Source of the DNA: Selaginella moellendorffii
Lineage: Eukaryota > Plantae > Lycopodiophyta
Assembly: GCF_000143415.4 (NCBI RefSeq)
Contig: NW_003314287.1
Span: forward strand, 68,783-132,782
DNA: 64,000 nt
Direction: 5' to 3'
Shown piece by piece: positions 52,414 through 64,000 of this stretch. The translations under genes were made by a program, and so were the position numbers. Under the pieces are notes generated by a model, which did no database searches, was not told where the DNA came from, and saw only the letters and a program-made list of their open reading frames with translations. Position 1 is the stretch's first letter. Each line of letters begins with the position of its first letter.

Positions 52414-52896
52414 TTATAGTGTTTCTAAATCACTTTCAATGCCTTCCTTCCACTGCTTAAGCGGCGGCCTCAAATCCTCCAGCGACGAAATCCCTTCGAG
52501 CAGCGGCAGTAGCTTGATCAAATTCTTCTCGCGCTCTTCCTCCTCCATGCTCCACTCCGAAAAGGGCACAACCGCCAAGCCATTCTCCTCATTGCCCGCA
52601 AACGCGAGTGGATTGTCGTCTATGGCCACCACTCTTCTCAAATCCTTTCCCAAAATCTCCAGCGGCTTGGTGCCCCGGACGCAAGAATCATTGTAGAGGC
52701 GGCGCGCGACATTCACTTTGAGAATGTGGTCGATGATCCGATCCGCGCGCTCCCGGTTGCCGGATGTGAACACGACGATCTCGTAGAGCTTGCTTACTCT
52801 GGCCAGGAATTCATCCAGCCCCGGCCGCTTGGTCGCCCTTCCACATACCAGCGTGTTGTCGATGTCCAGCACAAGCGTCGGCTTGGAGCTCTCCAT
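52414..52896 (-). CDS. Minimal FCP1/SCP-type (NIF) HAD phosphatase, intronless
   Basis: TLVLDIDNTLV (DxDxT), KRPGLDEFL, YEIVVFTSG, K.L..LGKDL..VVAIDDNP. Confidence 0.9.
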   Translation of the reverse strand: MESSKPTLVLDIDNTLVCGRATKRPGLDEFLARVSKLYEIVVFTSGNRERADRIIDHILKVNVARRLYNDSCVRGTKPLEILGKDLRRVVAIDDNPLAFAGNEENGLAVVPFSEWSMEEEEREKNLIKLLPLLEGISSLEDLRPPLKQWKEGIESDLETL

Positions 52897-52970
52897 ACCG
52901 CTACCCTAAAAATTTAAGCCTTGATTCTAGGGCATATCCGTTTTTCTTCTTCCTCTTGAGAGCTTTGGCA

Positions 52971-53303
52971 ATGGCAAAGGCGCAGGTTTTGGGAGCTGGA
53001 AAGTACGGAACCGTGTACGCCGCAGGAGAATCGATGGCGCTCAAGGTCGGAAAGGCGGTGGCGGCCTTGGATTACGAGTATTCCACTCTCGAAAAGATTT
53101 CGCTAGCTTGGAGCGCCAAACAAGATCGGGGAGTCTCGGTACCGCGGCCGCTGGGTGTTTTCGTGTCGGCAGAGAATTTCGCGACGGCGGAGGGCGGGCA
53201 GGCTTTGATCCAGGGAGAAATCGTCGCCGACAAGGATGAGCCGTGTTTTCTCATGGACCGCGTATTTCCGTTGCCTGTTGGGACGCTGGCGCTGAGGGTT
53301 TGA
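52971..53303 (+). pseudogene. Truncated protein-kinase-like N-lobe, resembling the fungal DUF3669-associated type
   Basis: LGAGKYGTVY glycine loop, ALK, EY..L, VPRP, FLMDRVFPLP. Stops before any catalytic loop. Confidence 0.6.
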
Positions 53304-53623
53304 CGACTGGGCCGCCCAAGATTTGCAAGCTCTACCTCTGCGGACGCGAGTTTCCGATAATGGATCCAAGCCCGCGCTCTAAGTACGGGTTCGCTAGCGC
53401 GCAAGGTTCTTGAACGGGTTCTCGAGCGTTCCAAGTGATTTTTAGGGTTCTAACGGACACTTAGAGGTGAGATAAGCCACTTGACACTGAGAAAAATTCA
53501 TAGTTTCGAAACTTCGAACTGGCAATGTAGAAATTGTGTATAGCTCGCTAGAAGAAATCTCCACTAATATCCGGAATGAAAAATTCATAGCTTTGGAACT
53601 TCGCGTTTTCCCGACGATTCCTG

Positions 53624-55289
53624 TTAACTTGCCACTGCTGGCGACGGCCCGTTTGCGTGATTTGGAGCGTTATTGTTGTTGGAGCTGCTGCTGTTGCTGT
53701 AGTAGCCTCTACCGCGACGATTTCCTCCACTTCCATAGTAGCTATTGCGTTGGTAGTAGCCACTCTGATCGTAGTACTGACCACCACCGTTCCCTGCGTT
53801 ACCACCGCCTCGGTTACCATTTGCCGGTGCGTAGTTACCGCCGCCGCGATAGCCTCTACCGCCACCACGGCCACGTCCACGAGGATAGTTAGCACCACCG
53901 CCACCGCCAACGTTACCACCGCCGCCGCCACGGTTTCCTCTAAACTTCTGCTGGAATCCTTGTTGCGGTTGATGTTGGCGAGGAGTGGTTTCATCGGGTT
54001 GTCGTTGGTCCTCGGCTGGCTGGGCTTCCTCGTGAGGCAAGCTCTTGATTGGATTCACGTCCAGCTAGAAAAACCATAAATCTCAGCCTCTAAAACATGA
54101 AAGATGAAGCTAAACCTGAAAGGCCTCGGAATTGGCCCCGGAGCTGTCGGAGACGTTTTCGGTGGGAGCATCGCCATTCACGTAGTGTTCCTGAGGGACC
54201 TGAAAGTTATGCGAACTATAAGCTTCCAAGGTTGAAAACTTTACCCCAAGCTCGGGTCCAAACTGTCCCACTGCGATCTCTGATGTTACAGTCTGCAGCT
54301 CAGGCGTCATGGTGAAGTACTCGGTCGCCAATATCCTGTTTAGTCTGTCTCGCAGCTCAGTGTCTATGAGAAAAACAAGAACAAAGTTAAGGAAAAACAC
54401 GAAGAGAAAAACACGAGAGCCAGTGGATACATGTCACGTTGAGGATGTTGGCATCGATGATCGCGTCCGAGTTGAGCAGCCAGTGTCTCGCATGAGCGAT
54501 ACAGGCCTGGAGAGCGTCCCGGTGCGATAGCGTCGTGTTTGGCGGCCGAGAAGTCATGAGCGATCCAAACGCAGCCAGGGCGTCCAAGTCGGCGTCGGTG
54601 AGATGCGAAGTGGAATCATCGGTGACGAGATCGTAGGACAGGCACGAAACTCTCTCGTGGTACTTGACAGTCCGCATGAACGAGTGAGCCTCCCCCTGGG
54701 ACTGGACGTCGAAGAGAAGCGCAAAGTAGAGGAGCTGGATGAGCTCCAGCATGAGATGCTCGTCCACAGCAACGCTGCCACTGTCAACCGGAACTTCGAT
54801 CTTCTCGTTCTCCTCGGTAGCAGCAGCGGGAGTAGCAGTAGCAGCAGCGGCAAAGGCAGGATCACCACCACCACCACCAACATTGTCAGCCTCGCCACTA
54901 CCAGCATTCTCCAGGTTTTCATTGCTGGCCTCCTCCGACTCGGTTCTGGCCTCCTCCAAGTTCTCGCTGGAAGCCACTCCAGAAACTTGCTCCTCCTTGG
55001 CAGCAATCCATTCCTTCTCCTTCTCGGCAATCTCCTCCCTCACCGCGACGAGCAAAGGTTGCCGGAGGCGATCATACTCCTCCATCAGCGTCAGCACCTG
55101 GACCTTGCTCTTGAGAACATCCTCCTGCTCCTTGTTGATAGCCTTGCCTTTCTCCTTGGCCTCCTCGAGCTGGACGATTCGATTGTACTTCTTCTTCAGC
55201 GCTCGCAGCCGCTTGTTCATCATCGTCAACACCGGCCCATCCTTTCCACAGCTCGAATCCTCCACACCACTTACATCTAGAGCTGCCAT
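53624..55289 (-). CDS. Caprin-1-like glycine-rich RNA-binding protein, three exons
   Basis: GPVLTMMNKRLRALKKKYNRI..INKEQ, LLYFALLFDV, HERVSCLSYD, EYFTMTPE and an RGG-rich tail. Introns at ~54364-54430 and ~54065-54115. Confidence 0.88.
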
Positions 55290-55920
55290 CTCTCTCTCTC
55301 CCTCCCCCTTTTACTTTTCCTTCTACAAACTAAGAAAAGACCTCGTTAGAATGGAAGAACCTCACAGCTCACAGCTCCATCTCCTCTCTCGAGATTTCGC
55401 TCGCTCGCTCGCTCGCCCGCCCTAAATCGAAGACCAGACCTTCCAAACAGTGGCGAAAGCGAGGAGAATCCGCGCGCCGAGCTCGCGCCGAGAGCCGCGC
55501 CCTTGCAATGCCGCCGCTCTCGCACAGAGGATGAGGAACGACGGAACCCTAAAAATTTGTGACGCCCAATTTTTTGGAGGGGGGGATATACCCGAATCAT
55601 CCTAATTCGCTTAGCTCGTGTGGTTATCAAAGAATATTCATCGCATCGTATTTACACAGGCAAGCCACAGGGGAAAAAATTCAAGCAAGAAATAAAAATC
55701 ACGAACCTCTGTGATGTAAAACTTGAGCTTGAGCTGGGCTTGCTTCTCCCGCCAGTTTTTTTTTACTCAGTTTTTTTCTCTCGGTTTTTCTTTGTTTTTC
55801 TTCTTTTTTTTGCCAGTTTTTTTTCTCCAATACATATTTTTTTCATCTTTTTTCTTTCCTATCGATTATCCTTTTTTTTCCTAGTACCTGCTTTCGAGCA
55901 ACAATGGAGAGATAAATAGA

Positions 55921-56980
55921 TCAATAGTAAGGCCTGTATCGCATGGGCCTCCGGAATCGAGGAACTTTTCTGGAGATCACAGAAGCAAGGGCGTGAGTGA
56001 TAGATCGAGCAAAGGTTTGCAACTACGTACCCAAAGCCGTAAGGATATGGATAGGATGGGTAAGGCATGTAAGGCCTTCTCGGGAAGTAAGGCATGTAAG
56101 GAGCTCCAAAGCCGCCACGGCCGCGGTGCTGCTTGAGTCCAGGAACATTAGTCCGCTTAGCAGCAACCTGTGAACAATCCGAGTGAGTAAAAGGAGATAC
56201 CAAAACACCGACGGAAATCCTTGCCTTGATAGGCCGACCGTGAAGCTCTGATTCGTTTAGTATGAGAGCGTTCTGGACAGCTTCGACTTCCAGGAACTCG
56301 ACATAGGCAAATCTGTAAGCAGAGAAACGATCATCAGCATTAGAACCGGCACAGGGAAACGTTTTTGCGAAGATTTACCCCTTGGGCTGTCCGAACTTGT
56401 CAGTTAGAATAGTAACCCGGTTAACAGTGCCACAGGATTGAAAGTGTTGTTGGACTTCCTCTGGTGTGCACGAATAATCCACCTAAGAACATACCACTCA
56501 CTAAGTTCCAAGGCAACGAGAAGAGAAGAAAAGAAGACTTACGTTTCCAACATACACCGAGCGAGCATCGGCTTCTTCCTTGCTCGCTTGTTGGGCAGCA
56601 GCAGCCGGATCTACAAACACACAAACACAAGAACACAAAATAAGCGACACAAAATCCACGAAGTTACACCAAGTTTGATCGAAAAATCTCACCTTGCCCA
56701 GCGCCCATTTCTTTCTCGACCTTGGCTTGCATATCACGCAATGCAGCGGCCTCGTCCTCCATTTCCTTGAGGCGTTTCTTCATCTCTTCCAGCTCCTGGA
56801 ACAATCGCAATGAGCAATCGATTCATCCATACCCTAGGAAGGCGCTGAGCTTACCGTGGAGGTGGGATCGTCGCCGCCCGCATCGTCGCCTTGGTCGCCC
56901 TCGAGATCGCCCTCCACTTCCTCTGGAATCTCGCCGCCATAGACCTCGTGCTCGTCCTCCACTCCATGTGTCGCCTCCAT
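55921..56980 (-). CDS. PABN: Nuclear poly(A)-binding protein (PABPN1-like)
   Basis: [67 protein letters not shown], ending RPMRYRPYY. Multi-exon. Confidence 0.93.
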
Positions 56981-57127
56981 TGCCCTAGCCCTTTAGCTCA
57001 CTGTCTGCTTCTAGGGTTATATAAGCTACTTTACTTTCATTTGCTCTTGCATCGCAGCCGTCCATTCCCCCCACACATCTACAACCGTTGGATGCTTTTC
57101 ATTTCTCTGGAAGAACCCTAAATTGCT

Positions 57128-58348
57128 ATGGATATTGGCGCTCGTGGGAACGAGCTCATCGCTGGCGCTGCAAATCGAGGTAGGGATTGCGGCCAGCGCG
57201 ACCAGCGATCGCAAGCTGGAATTCGAGGCCGGAGGATGGGAATTGCTGCTAGAGATATGAGATTGCGGCTTCTGATGGAACAGATGCACGATTCTCCTCC
57301 GAGGAAGGACGGATTTTCATCTTCCAGCACCGGCATTGGATTGAGATCTCTCGATTTGCTGCGCGGTTGCTTTCTTCGCCAGTTGGCAGCTCTAGCCACA
57401 TCTATATTTCTGGTTTTCACAACGATCCCGAGCTTTCGAAGAGGGCCAAGAAGATTTCCAGAGCTCGTTCATCCGCATTTGGCTTCCATTAGAACACAGG
57501 TGCCGCGAGAAAAAAATCTGGAAGTTTCTCATCGCTCACACAGGCATGCGGAGGATAGATTCTCGAGGAAGATCGAACTTCGAAACTCCAAGAACAAACT
57601 TTTCGGCGCAAGCCTGGTGGACATGACAATCCAAAGAGCTCCCGAGTATGGATCCGTTCTACAAGTCCCAAATCCTCGAAGCTGGAATTGCTGGGTATCC
57701 GATCAAGCTCACGTCCTCAGTCGCTCCACCGTCGAGCATCTCAACTCGGTTATCGATGCGTTGAAGTTCGACACTGGTGCTGAAGTTACGGTAGTGACGA
57801 TCAAGAGCACCAACTTACCAGCCGAAGAGTTTGCTTCCTGTCTTTATAAGAGATGGAACATCGAAGATGAGTCTCAGGGAAGGGGCCTATTGTTCTTGCT
57901 GGTTACTTCGGAGGGGAGGCTAGAAGTAGAACTTGGCTGGAACATATCGAAACTTCTCAAAGGGGATGGTACAGTCGCGGGGAGTTTATGGGATCCAGAG
58001 AAAACAGGATGGCTGAGATCAGTTGTGAGGAACAAAGTTTTGTCGGAACTCAAGCGAGGGAAGTATGACAAGGGCGTAGTTTTTGCGGTGGAGGAAGTGG
58101 CAGAGAAAGTCTGGGAAAGTGCTGGATTTGGAGCTTCAAGTCTAGCAAGTGGAAAATGGTGGAAAGTTGTGGATCTAGCCTGCTTGAGTGTGATCCCTGT
58201 CCTCGCGTTGTTTGTGAAGCTCACAAGCATTGCTGGTGCTCCCAAAAATCAACAGGATTGCCATCCGAGAACAACTAGCCGATTCTTCAGGTTCGTCAAT
58301 CTTTCGCGGTACTGTTCTTCTTTTGCTCGACACTTGATTTCCTCCTAA
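57128..58348 (+). CDS. TPM-domain (TLP18.3/Psb32/MOLO-1) membrane protein; start and 3' exons uncertain
   Basis: VPNP..WVSDQAHVLS..EVTVVTI..FA..LY..WNI...GLLFLLV...RLEVELG..LKRGKYDKGV, followed by a hydrophobic segment. Confidence 0.8.
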   Translation: MDIGARGNELIAGAANRGRDCGQRDQRSQAGIRGRRMGIAARDMRLRLLMEQMHDSPPRKDGFSSSSTGIGLRSLDLLRGCFLRQLAALATSIFLVFTTIPSFRRGPRRFPELVHPHLASIRTQVPREKNLEVSHRSHRHAEDRFSRKIELRNSKNKLFGASLVDMTIQRAPEYGSVLQVPNPRSWNCWVSDQAHVLSRSTVEHLNSVIDALKFDTGAEVTVVTIKSTNLPAEEFASCLYKRWNIEDESQGRGLLFLLVTSEGRLEVELGWNISKLLKGDGTVAGSLWDPEKTGWLRSVVRNKVLSELKRGKYDKGVVFAVEEVAEKVWESAGFGASSLASGKWWKVVDLACLSVIPVLALFVKLTSIAGAPKNQQDCHPRTTSRFFRFVNLSRYCSSFARHLISS

Positions 58349-58654
58349 ACAGGAACTTGGAGATTTAAACTCGTCGGCAATGAAGTGATGAGTTATTCAT
58401 TCGAAGTAAGCAAACTTTACGCATTGACAACTTTGAGTCCAAGCTCACAGGCATTCCTGACAGTATGAACAACTAGCCGAATCTCCAGGTTCGCCAATCT
58501 TTCACGGTACTGTACTTCGTTTGCTCGACTCTCGATTTCCTCCTAAACAGGAACTTGGAGATCTAAAAGTGTCGACAATGAGGATCAGTTGGAATAAGCA
58601 AACTCTACTCGAAATTCTTTCGAGAAGCGCATTGTGAGTCTAAGCTCACAGGCA
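58269..58654 (+). repeat. Tandem ~190-bp duplication of a mini exon-intron unit at the TPM gene 3' end
   Basis: 58269-58454 vs 58467-58654 (gaacaactagccga...gatttcctcctaaacaggaacttggagat...aagctcacaggca). Confidence 0.85.
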
Positions 58655-59624
58655 GCAAACTTTAATTGCAATTCTTTCAAGAGCGAGCTTTCCAGGCCAG
58701 GAACTTTCAGAAGTTATACGAACAGAGCTGACAAATTCGCCGTCCCGGGTCAATCGTTCCATCGATTGAGTAAAGTCGTCAACAAAGAAACGATAGATAC
58801 TCATGCTTTGAGCTCGCAACATCTGACTTCTACATTGAAATGTTTCGAAGCGATGGACTTTCGCTCGGAGACGTCGGATGACATGCGCGGACGGTCCAGA
58901 TTCGCACCACCTGGATCACCAAAAAACAATGCGCGAAAGTCGTAAGCTCGCCATCTAACTCCTTTATTGTTGACGCTGATGTTTGGTGGTATAGCTTGCA
59001 GGCAAGGAACTGTATTAAATCCGCAAGGCGTCGAATCGAAAGCAATCCAATCTACAGGACTCTCCTCCTCGTATTAAAATTTTGGGACGTCGAGACTTTT
59101 GGTGTTGCGTGTTGCGAGTTGCGGTATGTTTTTCCTATCTCGCGAATCGTTCTCATCGACTTGCTCGCAGGCAGGCAACAAACATTCAAAGGTTCGCGCA
59201 TTGACTATAGGCGGAAAGGAGAAAAAAACACACACACAGTCTTATTAGAAGATTTATTCAAGAAGCACTCGAGAACAGCGAGGAAGAGCTGTCCATTTCT
59301 CTTTCGGTGAGGCGCCAACGATTTGTGGAAGCTCTTACACACAGGCAAGTTGTTTGATAGATTTCTTTTTCTTCTTCTCTTTCTTTATCCATCTGTTTTG
59401 TTCTTCACACGTTGCTCGTGGTTTACCGGCTGTTCTTGAGTGATTTCCCTGCTTTCTATTCTCACAAGGTCTGTTTTGTTGCTCGATTCAGGCGCCCAAT
59501 GCGCCGCCGTGGGCGACTGTCGCATCAAAATCGCTTCTTGGCATCGTTTTCTCGGACCCTTTAAGCAGATCTCCTCAGTGCTGCGCTTTGCGAACGCTAG
59601 GAGATCTCTCCTCTCTCAATCAAG

Positions 59625-60173
59625 ATGATGCAAGCAGCGTCTCCTCCTCGCCCAGCTCCGGCTCCTCTCCCAGCAGCAGATTCAAAGTACTCTGGAATCG
59701 TCCCAAGGCTCTACAATTCCTTCGGAGGAAACGATCGATCCTACTACGTGAAGCTGCGAAACGACGATGAAGATGTGGGCTTCCTCGGCAAGAAGAAATC
59801 CAAGAAGAAGAGGCCAGCGATTCGAATGGGCAGCAGGAGGAAGACCAGGTTTGCCGCTATGCCCAGGAAGATGAGATTTCGAATTCGTCTGGCGAGGCCC
59901 AAGATTCGTCTGGGATTTCTATCCTCTTTGCTCTCGCCCATCAAGCTCTTGAGGCGGCTCCGCGATGCCTATGTCAACATGATGCTGTCGCTGGCTTCAA
60001 AGGGGGATTTTAGCGGCGCTGTCATGGGCAACACGATGTATATCCCGAGTGGGCAGCCGTATAGGATTCCAATTGGGGGAGTCGACTCCAGGAAGGAAGA
60101 TGAGATCCTGGCATACATCGATTATCTCCGGCGGAGCGGGAAGCTATTGCCGGATCCGGTGCTTGATAGATAG
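59625..60173 (+). CDS. Basic plant-specific protein of unknown function
   Basis: Intronless 182-aa ORF with an R/K-rich region and the plant-type motif SP.KLLRRLRDAYVNMML. Confidence 0.75.
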   Translation: MMQAASPPRPAPAPLPAADSKYSGIVPRLYNSFGGNDRSYYVKLRNDDEDVGFLGKKKSKKKRPAIRMGSRRKTRFAAMPRKMRFRIRLARPKIRLGFLSSLLSPIKLLRRLRDAYVNMMLSLASKGDFSGAVMGNTMYIPSGQPYRIPIGGVDSRKEDEILAYIDYLRRSGKLLPDPVLDR

Positions 60174-60399
60174 ACTCTGTTTCTAGGGTTCTTGAAGAAG
60201 TTGTTTTACCTGCAAATGTAAATAAGACATTTAGTATCTTTAGAATATTCAAGTAAATTCTGGAATAATGTTAATCCAACGGTCAAGATTTCCCACTGCT
60301 ATCGTTGGTTTAATGCTAAGTTCTTTATAAGTAATTTGCAAGATAAAACATACAGAAGCTTATCACCACAGCTCTTGAAAATATCAAAGAACATCCAAT

Positions 60400-61405
60400 C
60401 TGCAGCCTCTTCCTCAATGTAGCTGACAAAGCAGTCTCTTCTTTTTTCCCAAAGTAAATCAGAAATCTGCTCGTTGCCCAACCCCGGGACAAAATCTGTG
60501 ACAAAGTTTACTACATGACTGTAAAAACCAAGGAGATTGCACAGCTTATATGAAAGTACAAGACAGGGTTGCGATTGTAAGACTTGCACCATGCGCACCT
60601 TAAAGGGTCGATAAATGCCTTGGTCTAGAACAAATAGCAAATGGACTTATATGAAGATTGGGAGAAAGAAATCTTCATTACCTCCTAGCTCAGTACTTGA
60701 ATAGAACAAGATGTTCGTTCAAAAATCTGGAGGCTGTCTTGAGAAGCTTGCTAACCTCTGGATGATCATTGTTATTTATGGCATTCAGATTGGACCCATT
60801 TGAAAAGAAAACCAAGAGATCACTATTACCAGATCTGATACCAAACATTAAAAGGACCTGCATAGACACTCAAATGCTTGCATTGAGAGATACGAATGCT
60901 ATCTCAGGCTGGTTGTTGAAGCGCAAACTCCTATCGGCGGCATGTATCCTCAAAACCTGGAGTGTTGTGTCAAGTCTACACAAAGGTGGTGTGGACCAAA
61001 AGACCTCTCCTGATCTTCAGCTAGCAACCACACTTGAGGTGCACCTGGCTCACATCGTGGTTACTTGGATTGCTCCACATTTTGTAAGTTTGAGGCACCA
61101 CCAATACCTGGGCGGTCATCACTATCCCCAAAGCTCTCACCTCTAGCATGAAGCATCCTTGGAATCCCTTTGCCTCTTGGACGCTGCTAGAAACTATGCT
61201 CATTTTTGAGTCTACAACTTGCTTTGGCAGCAGCACATTGGTCAGGTTCCTAAAGCTCACCCAAGCAATACCAGCATGTTTGAGCCTGTTGCACACTGAG
61301 TTAAGCCCGAATGCACCCTCTTGATAAACTGCCATAAACTATGAACAAGAAAATTTGTCATGACACCAAATTCGGACAAACAAAAATAGTTTATTACCTG
61401 GTAGT
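60400..61405 (-). pseudogene. COG6: Degenerate COG6 fragments
   Basis: MAVYQEGA and YRPFKVRMVQVLQSQP.LVLSYKL.NLLGFYS..ISDLL resemble plant COG6. Intervening coding sequence is disrupted and runs into the gap. Confidence 0.7.
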
Positions 61406-61408
61406 GTG

Positions 61409-62366
61409 NNNNNNNNNNNNNNNNNNNNNNNNNNNNNNNNNNNNNNNNNNNNNNNNNNNNNNNNNNNNNNNNNNNNNNNNNNNNNNNNNNNNNNNNNNNN
61501 NNNNNNNNNNNNNNNNNNNNNNNNNNNNNNNNNNNNNNNNNNNNNNNNNNNNNNNNNNNNNNNNNNNNNNNNNNNNNNNNNNNNNNNNNNNNNNNNNNNN
61601 NNNNNNNNNNNNNNNNNNNNNNNNNNNNNNNNNNNNNNNNNNNNNNNNNNNNNNNNNNNNNNNNNNNNNNNNNNNNNNNNNNNNNNNNNNNNNNNNNNNN
61701 NNNNNNNNNNNNNNNNNNNNNNNNNNNNNNNNNNNNNNNNNNNNNNNNNNNNNNNNNNNNNNNNNNNNNNNNNNNNNNNNNNNNNNNNNNNNNNNNNNNN
61801 NNNNNNNNNNNNNNNNNNNNNNNNNNNNNNNNNNNNNNNNNNNNNNNNNNNNNNNNNNNNNNNNNNNNNNNNNNNNNNNNNNNNNNNNNNNNNNNNNNNN
61901 NNNNNNNNNNNNNNNNNNNNNNNNNNNNNNNNNNNNNNNNNNNNNNNNNNNNNNNNNNNNNNNNNNNNNNNNNNNNNNNNNNNNNNNNNNNNNNNNNNNN
62001 NNNNNNNNNNNNNNNNNNNNNNNNNNNNNNNNNNNNNNNNNNNNNNNNNNNNNNNNNNNNNNNNNNNNNNNNNNNNNNNNNNNNNNNNNNNNNNNNNNNN
62101 NNNNNNNNNNNNNNNNNNNNNNNNNNNNNNNNNNNNNNNNNNNNNNNNNNNNNNNNNNNNNNNNNNNNNNNNNNNNNNNNNNNNNNNNNNNNNNNNNNNN
62201 NNNNNNNNNNNNNNNNNNNNNNNNNNNNNNNNNNNNNNNNNNNNNNNNNNNNNNNNNNNNNNNNNNNNNNNNNNNNNNNNNNNNNNNNNNNNNNNNNNNN
62301 NNNNNNNNNNNNNNNNNNNNNNNNNNNNNNNNNNNNNNNNNNNNNNNNNNNNNNNNNNNNNNNNNN
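61409..62366. other. Assembly gap (N run)
   Basis: Continuous Ns. Confidence 1.
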
Positions 62367-64000
62367 GTATATTGGATAGACCACAAAAATGTTTTTAGTT
62401 ACATAAAAAACACATATAAAAAACAAAGAAAATCAAGTATTATTGCATAGTTCAATATATTATTTTGAAATTTCACTTTAGTTTCTGCATTTTTACTTCC
62501 TTATTGTTTTATTCATATACTATTTACATAGCCTTAAAAAGCATAATAGAAGGATCTAAATAAGTTACTTATATGATTATTTTAGTTATGTGTTGGATAA
62601 TGTTCTTTGTACCCTGCCAATTAATTTAGCTAACATAGAAATTATAGTCATCATTGCAAAGAAAAAATTACATATAATTTCAAGAAGAATATATATAATT
62701 AATTTGGGTTCTTATCAATTTTTTATATGTTACACTTGCTTTAATTGTGTATGGTTAATTTATGATTCACACTAAATTTTTATTCACTCTTTTTTATCTA
62801 TATAATTTGTAAAGCTCTTATTTACCCTTCTAAAGTTACATGAACTTAATCAAATGCTCATAATATTTATTATTATTCACATTGTCTTTCACAAATTTTG
62901 ATTTATAACTTTTACTACTTACTCAATTTAAATGGTAACACTAGAAGGAAATATATAATATATATAAAAATAAATTTTTATGCTTTTTATTGTTGCAACA
63001 CTTGGTTTTCTTATGTAATTTAGTATTATATACAGTTTATTATGATTGATGCAGCCAAACCTAAATAATTATGTTTTAGAAATTTTTTACTACAATTTAA
63101 ATTATTTTATTTGCTAGAGTGAATCTTTGATTTCTATAATTTCTCATATTATACATTTGCAATTTAAGAACCATGAAATATAAAAATAATTCTAACCTTC
63201 AAGTGGAGTATTATCCTTATTAATGAGGCCATTACTTTTTATATACTTGATACATTTTTTAAATGATTTTTATATTAGTCTTTACACTCTCATCACTAGC
63301 AATGTCAATTACTCTTGGATCAATGAATCCACAACTACAAAAGAAAATAAAAGGAAAAGAAGTAATAAAAAATTTTAATGTCCTTAACAAAAAAACTTTA
63401 TAATTAGAATTATCCCACTTTTTCTACTTCCTACATCCAGAAACTTTTATCTTGTAAATTAAAAAAATAAAGAATCAAGACACAAGGGTAAATAACATAC
63501 TTATAAGTTTCAACTATCAAATTTATCTTATGCAATTCCTAGGAACTTCAAAGAACAATTCAGAAAATTACCTTTCTTATTGTCATATTGAGGCATGTGA
63601 TCATTGTGGCTTCTAATGCCACAACTTGTATCACCTCTATCACCATCAACATCAATATCCCCACAAAAAGTATAAGCAAATTTTGCTATAAATTCTATAG
63701 CATGTTGGATTATATGTCACTCTATCCTTTGCCATGATCTTGGCTTTCAAGGTCATTGTCCAATATATGTACTTTGGAACTTGAAGAGGCTATAACACTT
63801 TTAAGAGCTCTAAACTTTTGCAGACTTGGTTGATGTGGTCTTGTTGTTGCTAAAAACAAACATTAAACATGAATAGTAGTCAAATTAGAAGTATCTTCTA
63901 AATTAAAAATATTCTGAAAAGGAATATGTGCTCCTAAATGCTAGATTTGAGTTACTATTTTAAATGAAGGAGTGCAATTCTAATTTTTGTTCTCCCAGGA

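Noticed and set aside
54603-55425. 225- and 228-aa + strand ORFs
   Set aside because: Antisense shadows of the Caprin-like gene.
61257-62450. Long ORFs of 330-389 aa
   Set aside because: Artifacts of translating the N gap.
62367-64000. Possible coding or transposase relic in AT-rich DNA
   Set aside because: No convincing motif or open frame.

Overview
Land-plant nuclear DNA. Very short introns, dense genes and the PPR style suggest the lycophyte Selaginella (inference only). AT-rich blocks of decayed LTR retrotransposons (about 1-12.7 kb and 29.9-42.3 kb) alternate with GC-rich gene islands. Conserved genes: an alpha/beta-hydrolase, an NAD(P)-binding Rossmann protein, a CONSTANS-like gene, an acyl-CoA thioesterase, a Caprin-like protein, nuclear PABP and a TPM-domain protein, plus pseudogenes of PPR, AP-1 mu and COG6. 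Main candidates: (1) a head-to-head pair of paralogous prokaryote-type (DUF6036/AbiEii-like) nucleotidyltransferases at 43.0-44.9 kb, one with all catalytic motifs and one a pseudo-enzyme; (2) a complete Cassandra-type TRIM with 5S rRNA promoter boxes in its LTRs, plus two older copies, all nested in the same Ty3/gypsy family; (3) a tail-to-tail pair of Crinkler/RHS-type NTPase+REase genes, one with its NTPase core replaced by 408 bp copied from 1.6 kb away; (4) a helically phased W-box array beside an intronless SnoaL-like gene; (5) divergent kinase-like/phosphatase and acyl-CoA synthetase/thioesterase pairs. All family calls come from motif recognition by eye and no searches were run. An assembly gap spans 61409-62366.
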